DNA of 64,000 nt from the human T2T-CHM13v2.0 reference genome, Homo sapiens. Under the pieces are notes generated by a model. The model was not told the DNA's origin. It did not search any database and saw only the letters and a list, made by a program, of their open reading frames with translations. The DNA lies in assembly GCF_009914755.1 (NCBI RefSeq), contig NC_060932.1. One strand, given 5' to 3'. The position numbers and the translations under genes were made by a program. Of this stretch, positions 54,100 through 64,000 are shown one piece after another. How positions within the stretch are numbered: the first letter of the stretch is position 1; every line of letters begins with the position of its first letter.

Positions 54100-55352
54100 A
54101 TATCCATGTTCCAAAGCACATTTTGCTTACCTTTATCTCCTTCATAGACTAAAAGCTTTTTGAGGGCAGTATAGCCTTATTACCTGGCTCATATATGTAG
54201 AATTTATGATTATGGTAAGGATTGCTTCCTTGGTTTACAAATTGAACCACGCAAAGCTTAAATTTCCCAGTGTCAAATAGTGAGTGCACAACTGGGGTTT
54301 AATTTTAAGCCAGTGTTGGAATTCTGAATCTGTATTTTAACAACGTTTCTGTAACAACATTCTGTATGTGTGTCATATGTCAAAGTCACATATATGTGAC
54401 TTTGGACAAATTACTTAACAATTTAGAATCCCCTTTTGCTAATCTATGAAATTCATAATGTGAGTGGGATAGAAAACTGGTTATAGATGAAATGAAATCT
54501 GTAGCTCATTTCTGCTCTAACCCTCATGGGTTTAAATGCCCCTATGGAATGATGTTTTACAGATAGAAAGTATTTGACAAACATATTGATTGTTGAATTG
54601 TACAGGAGATACTTAACAAAGAGACTGTGAGCATATGAAACACTTTTCTACTTCAGCACTGCCCTTAGCCAATTTTTAAAACAACCCTTTCTTTCACTTT
54701 TTTGGAATTTTCACTCTTATTCTAATAGCAAAAACAGGTAGGTCTGCTTTTTTTTTTCCTACAAGAAAATTGCAGTTCCTTGATAGCTTAAGATCCTCAG
54801 CTTTCAATCTCCTTGTTTATACACTCAGGAAACTGGTTTACTGCCTCACAAAACAGCACACCCATGTGATTAGCACTTAATTATGGCCAAGCCAGTAGCT
54901 GGGCTATAGGCTCAGGTTGAGTTAATTCACTCAAAATAAGTCTGGGTTTCATTTGTTTCATTTCAATTGCAAAGAGACAAAATTTTGCATGCCATCTACT
55001 ACGAATTTCACTTATTCTGAAAGAATATAAAACTTTCAACCATTTCTTTTTCAATGACAATGTAAAATACTACTTGGAATCTAATATCCAATCCCTTCAA
55101 GTTTAAAAGAAAAAAAAATTGGCTTTGGAAATTTGGCTAGATAGACTTAGACGTATATTTAAATTAAATTAAAGCATTGCCCTATTTTGCCAATTGGAAA
55201 ATCACTGTTAAAAATTTCTGAAAATGGCTAGCTGACTATGACATAAATTGTAACAGATTTTTGGGGTTCAACTAATTTAGCTGGTTTCACCAGCTATTTC
55301 CAAGATGAAATGAGCATTGAAGATGAAATATGAAAGGAATTCCCTTCATCAT

Positions 55353-56143
55353 AGGCAGTAGCCAGCCTTCAGGGTGGTCCCTGGCATGCACCCTGTTGTG
55401 TAGTCCTCTTCCACATGCTTCCAAAGTTGGTCTATGTGACCGATAGAGACAGCATCGGCCAGGCACGGTGACTCATGCCTGTAATCCCAGCACTTTGGGG
55501 AGGCTGAGGCAGGTGGGTCATTTGAGGTCAGGAGTTTGAGATCAGCCCTGGCCAACAAAGTGAAACCCTGTCTCTACTAAAAATACAAAAAAAAAAAAAA
55601 AAAAAAGCCAGGTATGGTGGCAGGTGCCTGTAATCCCAGCTACTCGGGAGGCTGAGGCAGGAGAATTGCTTGAACCTGGGGGAGGCAGAGGATGCAGTGA
55701 GCCGAGATTGCGCCATTGCACTCCAGCTTTGGTAACAAGAGCAAAACTCTGCCTAAATAAATAAATAAGACAGCAGCAATGATGGCATGTCCCTTCTAAG
55801 ACTAGGTCATAAAAGGCACCAAAGCTTCCTGCTTGCTTTCTCTTTCACTCTCTTTCTTCCATCACTTGCTCTAGGGATAGTCAGCTGCCGTGTCTTGAAG
55901 AGAGGCCTCCAACTGACAGCTATGAGGAACTGAGACCTATTGCCAACATCCACATGAGTGAGGCTGGACACAAGTCCTAGAGGACTGTAGCTCAGGACAA
56001 CACCCTGACTCTAACTCACAAGTCCCACCCAACTAAGCTGCTTCTGAATTCCTGGCCCACAGAAACTATGAGCTAATAACTGTTTGTTGTTTTTAGACAT
56101 CACGTTTTTGATCATTCATTATGCAGCAGTAGATAACAAGTAT
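55353..56143 (+). mobile_element. MLT1F-like MaLR LTR split by an Alu
   Basis: TGTGTAGTCCTCTTCCACA...GACTAGGTCATAAAAGGCAC...GAATTCCTGGCCCACAGAAACT...TATGCAGCAGTAGATAAC. Confidence 0.8.
55457..55767 (+). mobile_element. AluSx-like with expanded middle A-tract; TSD AGACAGCA(T/G)C
   Basis: GGCCAGGCACGGTG...CATTTGAGGTCAGGAGTTTGAG; TSD at 55447-55456 and 55768-55777. Confidence 0.95.
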
Positions 56144-56350
56144 AGCAGGGAATGAATTCATTTATCATTTATATATTCTTCATTGTTTATTAAAGCCCCC
56201 CCTGCAAAAATAGATGGAACTTCAGTGGACTACAAGATAACGTGAGTACACATCATTATTTTAAATATAGTTTTAAAATACAAAAATAGATTTTGAGATT
56301 TGTTTGCTTATAGGATTATTTGGAATCTTAATGGAGCATTTACTTACTAA

Positions 56351-56788
<438 letters not shown>

Positions 56789-57049
56789 AATCAGGGCACT
56801 AGTTTTAAGGATTTTTATGTTTTGATTTTTGTGTTTTGGGTTGGCGAAGGCTTTTTTTCAATGAACACTTTTATGGGATCCTGAGCTGCAAAGTTAGCCT
56901 ATATATCCCTTTAGGAGCCTCGGAATAAAGCAGAAGAGAAACTGGACAAGAATGAGGAAAAGGGAACTGAATGGGCCTCCCACTTGAAATTCTATTAGAT
57001 AATGTTGATTATAAAAGGTGACAAAAAATAGACTTACCTGATTCTGAAT

Positions 57050-57212
57050 CTCAGGGAGAGGCTTTCAATAATTTATTTTTCAGTATGACATTTGGTGTTA
57101 TGTTTTTGTTAGATACTCTTTATCACATTAAGGAAATTTCTTTTATTCTTTCTTTGCTAAGAATTTTTTTTTCATAAATAGGCTGTGGAATTCAAGCATT
57201 GTTCTTTGACAC
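57050..57212 (-). mobile_element. Old L1M ORF2 fragment
   Basis: TCAGGGAGAGGCTTTCAATA...AGATACTCTTTATCACATTAAGGAAATTTC...TTTGCTAAGA. Confidence 0.6.
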
Positions 57213-57579
57213 AGGCAAATAGGAATCCAGTTCATGCTAGAGCTTTCAGGACTTCACTCTGGCGTTCTACAGTTGTGTCCTATTCTGTGGGCGAATACAC
57301 TGGCCATATTCCAACTTCACGTGTTACCTCTCTATATTCCCCCCCCGCTTTTGTATTTTGGCATCCAAATATGAGCATTATAAATGTATAAAATGATGAT
57401 GCAAGCATTGTAAACTGTAGATTGGTTCAAACAGTATCATTTTAAAGAATGGTCAGTATCAAGGTATGAGAAAACAACATTAATATAAACCCTAAAGAAT
57501 AAGAATAAAATGAATACAAAATAAAAATGTAGTATCTTAATTTTCCATTGTGTAGAACAACAGATAAATTTTGTTTATT

Positions 57580-57750
57580 CACAGTGTTTCTTAAAAACCC
57601 GAATATTACCAACATTTAAAAGTCAGAAAAGAAATCGTCTAGACAGTTCATACAAAATGTGCATTTCAGGGTTCTCTTAAAATATTTGGCAACACAGGGC
57701 AAACAGTCCCAGATGAAAACAGTTGGCTAGAGCCAGAAGCTAGTTTTCTA
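57580..57750. mobile_element. MER102-like hAT fragment
   Basis: TTGGCAACACAGGGCAAACAGTCCCAGATG...AGTTGGCTAGAGCC resembles recalled MER102 sequence. Confidence 0.45.
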
Positions 57751-57767
57751 CAAAAAATTCTTCCAAA

Positions 57768-57928
57768 TCTTACTGCATATATATATGTATATATAAATAT
57801 ATTGCATATATATATATAAACTTACTGCATTATATATATATACCTCTAACAAGTATATATATACCTTTAACAAGTATATATATGTATATCTCTAACAAGT
57901 GCATATATATATATATACACTTGTTAGA
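57768..57928. repeat. TA-rich minisatellite with terminal palindrome
   Basis: Units CTTACTGCAT(AT)n and three CT(C/T)TAACAAGT(AT)n; inverted copy ACTTGTTAGA at 57919-57928. Confidence 0.9.
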
Positions 57929-59479
57929 AGTTTTTTTCCAAAATTTGACATGTATGTTGAAAGGTACATGACACTGGCAATATCAGGTAGAGCTGTAATA
58001 AAATCTTCTAAACTATAATAATAGAAAAATATTTATTGGTCATGCTAGAGGAAAATCTCAAATATGCTTGCATTCATTACAAAAAATATAAAATCATTGT
58101 CAAATAAAGACTCAATCAAAGCATATGCAGCCAAATAAAGTAGTAAAAATTAACATGGATGTACACCAAGCAGTTCATTAACAAAAACATTTTGTGATTT
58201 TTCTGGATTTTATGATTGAGATATTTGTCAGATTTTTATAATTTATTGTGTTTCCTTTGCTCATTCTAAACTGTTTGTTCTTTAACCATTGTTTCCATAA
58301 TATTATATTCTTTTTCTTGGAGGCTCCCACAAACTTGGATCTATCCCTACCAGTTATCAACTGAGAAAGAGAAAATAAAAAAGGACAGTCACAGTCTAGG
58401 TAGTTGAAAAGAATACAACATATACAACAAGAAATTAATGAATGCCTTGGGAAAATTATTGAAGACATAGAACATGTTAGCAAAATTAATCCTCATTATT
58501 CTACAAAGGTCATTCTATAAAAGTCACATATGAAGTGAAAATTTCCATCAAGCAATTTTATTGGAAAAAAATGACAAAATAAGCACAAAACTCAAGATTT
58601 ACTCTGAAAAGTAGAATCCATTTTTAACAGACTTAGTGGCCACTGTTCACGTATCTATTATCTTCAAAAATTATTTAGATGAAAATTTTAAGAAAGGTTT
58701 TGTGATGCGACCATCCTAAGTAGGTAAGTGAACAGTAGCAAAACAGAATGACTTCTAGAGAATTCAGAGACCACCTTTCCTAACTTCTCCCATAACAAAT
58801 CAAAAATGAGTAGCAAAATTAAAAATATGAATGGAGGATATAAGAAAGAAAGAAAAATAGAAAGCAAAGAATTGTGTGGGGAAAGAACAAAGGAGAAAAA
58901 TAAGGTTGATGAAAGAAAATAAACATCCCTATGCCTGATGATGTTACCACATTATCTCATTTGATTTTCCCTGGCTTTTCCATACTGAATAAACTGGCTC
59001 CTAGTTAAATATGTTGTCCAGTGTTATAGAAATAGTTAATCTAGCCAAGCTGGAATGCAACGTTGGGTATGTTCTCCTAAAAGCCTTCTATTTTTCTAGA
59101 CCAACATAATATACTCTGCCATACTTCACTTTCATATGAAAAATGACCTCTGGGAAAATATTTCGACAGTTTTCCTTATGAAAGAATTTAGAGTAAATGA
59201 ACATTACTTATGACCCAGAATATGGATAAGCAAATCCATAATCTTTGCAAAGCAACCACATGAACGTTGTTGAGAAAGATAAACATGCTTGTTGATTATG
59301 GAGCACTTTCTGAACACAATGGATGAAGAACAACTTTAACTCCTTGGTGTAGCCTTCTGTATTTAGACTTTATAAAACTATTCCTCATAGTATTCAGGAT
59401 CCTTGTTATGTGGAGTAACCAATTTTTCATTCGTATAAGAAGTAAGGATTGTGAAAACATTTTCTCTTCTCTAGCATAA

Positions 59480-59690
59480 TGATTAAGAGCACAAAACATA
59501 GGAGTGAGGCGGAGGTGGATCCATTCCTGCCTTCTGACTCACTGGCTATGTAACTTGGATAAGTTCTTAACCTTTGTAACTCGGATTCTTCTTATCTCTA
59601 AAATGTGGATAATAGGGTATTGTGATGAATAAATGAGAGCCAGGGTCAAGCACTAGCTCAACACCTGGAAAACAATAACAGCTGCTGACT
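59480..59690 (+). mobile_element. MIR SINE
   Basis: GGCTATGTAACTTGGATAAGTTCTTAACC...TCTAAAATGTGGATAATAGGG...AATAAATGAGA. Confidence 0.75.
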
Positions 59691-62679
59691 ACTATAACTG
59701 AACTTCAATTAATATAATGATAATGAGAAACAAAACTTACTCAGAGATTAACGATTTGTTTCAAAGTAAACACAGATCTGATTTACTTAAAAAATAATTT
59801 TGAAACTTTGAGACTATTGCCAAGGAAGTCATGATACCTGAAATAAAATTTCCAATTTCTCCAATTTCATCTATTTGGGATTCCAACTATCCTTATGAGT
59901 TCCAAGAACCCATTGTTTCCGAGTAGAAAAGACAGACGCAAAGACCTCCTTGGAAAGCTGTAGCTACTAGAAAGGAGGTGGGAAAGAATACAGTCATTTG
60001 CAATCCAGCATTTCACTCAGAATTCAGACAAAGGCCTCTTTTCAAAAAAAGTAAAAAAAATAGAAAGAAAGAAGGAAAGAAAAAGATGCAAACTTCAACC
60101 CAGCTGCCCCCAAAGACCAGCCATTCAAATTAGCTAGAGCAAGTACCTGTTCATTTTTGATCATGGCCCAGTTTGATATCACTCATCATTACATTCATAA
60201 TATGGGCCTATTCTTCTAGGAAAATGATTCCGTTGTGGGTTTGGCAATGAGAGCTTCAGTTCAGTTCAGCTAAGCTTATTTCTTTTGTTCAAAGGAGGGA
60301 AGCTGTTTGCAAATAATCTGTGTATAATTAGTTACCTGGTTTTAAAACTGTTTTATTTTTATTTTCTTTTTTCCTTGTGAAGCCATCTGGGAAATCTGAT
60401 TACTCCTAAGTCATTATAAGCTAATATGCAGTCTAGGTAGGCTGGGTTTTGAATCTCTGTTAATTCTAGTTAAATACTTAAAACTAATTAGACCATTTTA
60501 ATAGGAGTCATTTATTACTGAATGCTTCTTAAGAAAGAATCTTATAGTTCATGCTGATCTAGACTACCAATTACATATTTATAAATCTTAGCTTACATGT
60601 TCAAGTTCTGTATGCAGGTAAGAGAAAGATAATTCCCAAATGAAAGAAAATTACATCAATACATATAAAATTGTCACTATTGTCAACTGAGCATAGGGTT
60701 CCAGAAAAGAAGACCAAAAATTGTCACTAATAAAAAGAAAGTTATAAACTCTAAGTCTTAAGGCAAACTTTAAAACATTGAATACTGAAATGCTCTCTAC
60801 ATATCTCTATTATTTCTATATGTAAACACATGAATTCCTCCATTAATGATTGGTCAAGTATAATATAATTCAGACATCAAATGTAGCTGCGCCAAGTTTT
60901 CAAACCTATCTTTGATTTTAAGCCAAAGAATCTACCACCCTTCCAAATCTTAAATGGGTTAACCACATTTATAGGTTCACAATCTTAAATGGGTTAACCC
61001 ATTTAACCATTATAAGTCAAGGTGGATTCCTTGGCTTATAACTTATAAGGGTTCACAATCCCAGAGCTCCTAAGAACTCATCTAGTGCCAGAGAGACAGC
61101 TAATTCCAAAATGGACTTCAAGTTTGCATTTATTTTCCATTGAGATAAATAAGAAATGGACATATACTTAAAATGGAATTCGTGTTATGGGTATGTATGC
61201 AGCCTTCTCTGTCTCCTGTAGGAGCCAATCCGTGCTTGTTTACATTTTTTGTCCTTATTCTCAGCACCACAGTATTTAGGTTCATTATATGAAAGGCAGA
61301 TAAGAATCTTGAGTTCCTCCTAAGAGCTTTGGTACATTCTAGAGACCCAAATGGGAACTAAAATGAATTATGATTTCTTACTGATTCTATAAACACTCAC
61401 ATACATACATTAAAATAAATAGTTTAAAAAGGCTAAAAAAAAATAAGCAGCTTTCAGTTAGCACATCGAAAATAAGACTTTTACATCACCAGATTTGGGT
61501 TCATCCTCTTGAATTTGCACATAGTTCTGTGCAGAGATGTCTTAAAACCTTATTAATGCATCTAATTAAAGTCGTGACAGAGAACTTCCACAGCATCTAA
61601 TGAAAGAAAACAAAGATTAAATTTAAGTTAATCAGCTTTGAAATGTAAACAAGCACATTCAATCATTAAATGATTCCATTTATTTTTAACAGGTTCTTAG
61701 AAGTGAGTACAATAAACATTCCACCATGCTTTCTTCCTTTGCCTCGAATGTTTATTAGCACCATTAATTCATTAGTAAAAATACAAAGAGACATTTCATG
61801 CCTAGTATAAACCCATTCCAATTTTTTGATAAATGGAGGCAAGTAGTTAGCCAAGATTTTTCACACACACAAGAAATTCTAAAATATTCGTGGATATTTC
61901 AAAAGTAGAGCCTTCAAAAATATTAAAATAAAAAAAAATACTGGCACTAATAATAAAGGTCATCTCAGGTTTGCTGTCCCAAGATGTTAGTTCTTTGCTT
62001 TGAGCAGGCGGGTGGTGTTTTTCATGGGAGAAGACAGCAGAACTAGTATTCCTGGTAAACATGTCAGCAGAGGATTTGGGAATCTGTTTCTAGCAACTAA
62101 ATAGTCCAGAAGAGAGGGAAACGTTTTTATATCTTGCAAAGTTTAGAGATGAAAGAACCAATCTCAAGGTTGATGAAGAAAGACATCACTCAGCAGGTGG
62201 TGAGCAGCTGTGATGTAATAACATTCGCCATACAGTTTTACCAGTAGCAAGAGTCAGAAGCCCAAAATCATTTTAATACCAGGGAATGTCTATTTGAGTC
62301 TATGTACTCTCCCTGAAATAATCAGTGGCTTGTTTTGTTGTTTTGTTTTCTGGTTAGAATAGGCTTGCATTTCTAGTTGAAGAGAAGTTAGCATTATCCT
62401 CTGTCAGGTAAATCTATAGTGAGTTACTCAGCATTTTGCTTGCTGTGATGGAAGAAGGATGGAAGCATTTCCTGCCCAGGCTTGGAGTTATTCATTTTTC
62501 TTAGCATGCTAGCTCTCACTTTACCCATTTCTTTCCTACTCAATAAACAGATGAACAAGCAAATGATCAGGAACTACTTCACTATGCAATAACCAAGAGA
62601 CTTTTCTAGTTTATAAAAAAGTATGCTATTGTTAAATTCAAGAATGGTGCCTTTATTATTTGTTCATTTGTCCAACAAT

Positions 62680-63207
62680 TATTTTTTATTGTGGTAAGAA
62701 CATTTAACGTGAGATACATCCTTTTAACAACTTTTTGTGTACAGTATTGTTAACTATAAGCACAGTGTTATATAGCTGACTGTTGGAATGTATTCGTATT
62801 GCATAACTGAAACTTTATATCTATTGAATAGCAACTCCCTGTTTTCCCGAACTTTCACCTCCTGGCAGCTACATTCTACTCTCAGCTTCTATGAGTTTTA
62901 TAATTTTAGGTACCTTGTATAAGTGGAATCATGCAGTCTTTGTGGTTCTGTGACTGGCTTATTTCACTGGGCATAATATTGTCCTCAAGGTTCATCCATG
63001 TTGTCATATATAGCAGAATTTTCTTCTTTTACGGTTGAATAATATTACATTGTAGTTATATACCACACATTTTTAATCCATGCATCCATCGATGGACATT
63101 TTTATTGTTTTCACATCTTGGCTACTATAAATATTGCCGCGATGAACATTGGAATTTTAATATCTTTTCAAATTCCTGATTTCAATTCTTTTGGATAAAT
63201 ACCCAGA
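62680..63207 (-). mobile_element. L1MA9/MA10-like 3' end
   Basis: TTTTATTGTGGTAAGAACATTTAACGTGAGA...TAAGTGGAATCATGCAGT...GGTTCATCCATGTTGTC...GGATAAATACCCAGAA. Confidence 0.88.
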
Positions 63208-63379
63208 AAAGACCCTATTATGTGGCATAATAGGAACAGTCCTAGGGAATGGGGAAACATTAGTTATCAGGGAACAAATTACATGGTAACTCCCTTAGAA
63301 GTGATCTCATTCCACCAGTTTATTATAATATTGACATTGTTCAAATATTCATTCTGTATACAATAACCAGAGTAACTTT

Positions 63380-64000
63380 TTTCAGAAAACACAAAGGCAA
63401 TCATAGCACTCTCTTGCCTCACACACTTTAATGGCATCCTTTGCCCTCAAGATAAAATCTCATATCCTCACAATGGTCACATAGCCCTGAACAACCCAGC
63501 CTCTTCCACTTCCCAGCCCCCTTTCTGCACCACGCTCATCCCTGATTTCCTCCAACACAGTGCTTCTGCAGCTCTGCTGTCCTTTCAGTTCCCTGGATGC
63601 ATCAGTCCTTCTCAAGTCTGTTCTTTGAGCAGAACATTCTCTTCCTTATTTTTAGTAAACCTGTCCAAATATTTTGTCCTTCATATCTCAGCTTAAATAT
63701 AACTACCGCAGGGAAATCTTTCTCGAGCCTCAGACTAGGCTGAATGTCTCTCTTACTCATTTTTTACAGTAAGTACGTTTTGTTTTGTTTCGTTTTTGTA
63801 GTAGCACTCATCTTAATCTTAACCAAAAATTTTTAAGTTTAATTATTTGTTTAAATCCCATCTTTCCTAAAGGACCATAATGGTGTTGGTCGGGGGGTTG
63901 GGGGGGGGGGGGGGGGTGGGGGGCGTGGCGGGCGGATAAGCACAGAAACTACATCTCCTTTACACCTTCCTATCTTTTCGGTGGACAGCATGGTACCTGG
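63380..64000 (+). mobile_element. L2 LINE 3' region, runs off the window
   Basis: TTTAATGGCATCCTTTGCCCTCAAGATAAAATC...CCTTCATATCTCAGCTTAAAT...CAGCATGGTACCTGG. Confidence 0.7.
63892..63935 (+). repeat. Poly-G / G-quadruplex-prone tract
   Basis: G6 TT G17 T G6 CGTGGCGGGCGG. Confidence 0.9.

Overview
This window is AT-rich primate (probably human) non-coding genomic DNA, either intronic or intergenic. The evidence is roughly a dozen Alu SINEs or fragments, L1PA/L1M LINE 3' ends, THE1, MLT1 and LTR1-type LTRs, a decayed ERVL-class internal segment with a dUTPase remnant, L2/L3/MIR relics, MER DNA-transposon fossils and microsatellites. I cannot support any protein-coding gene, RNA gene or CRISPR array; the supplied ORFs are short, many begin at non-ATG codons, and many lie inside repeats. 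I found no convincing previously undescribed biological system. The most interesting observations are mechanistic. Two tail-less Alu pieces are flanked by target-site duplications (TSDs), one consistent with internal priming. An L1PA carries a putative mini 3' transduction, and there is a three-level nested insertion (Alu in THE1 in L1M). Several hairpin/duplication clusters look like template-switch scars. A CpG-retaining candidate regulatory region with a candidate exon and a repeat-poor block near 27.8-36.6 kb are also worth checking. Repeat subfamily names come from recalled consensus sequences and should be confirmed with RepeatMasker/Dfam; boundaries of old elements are approximate.
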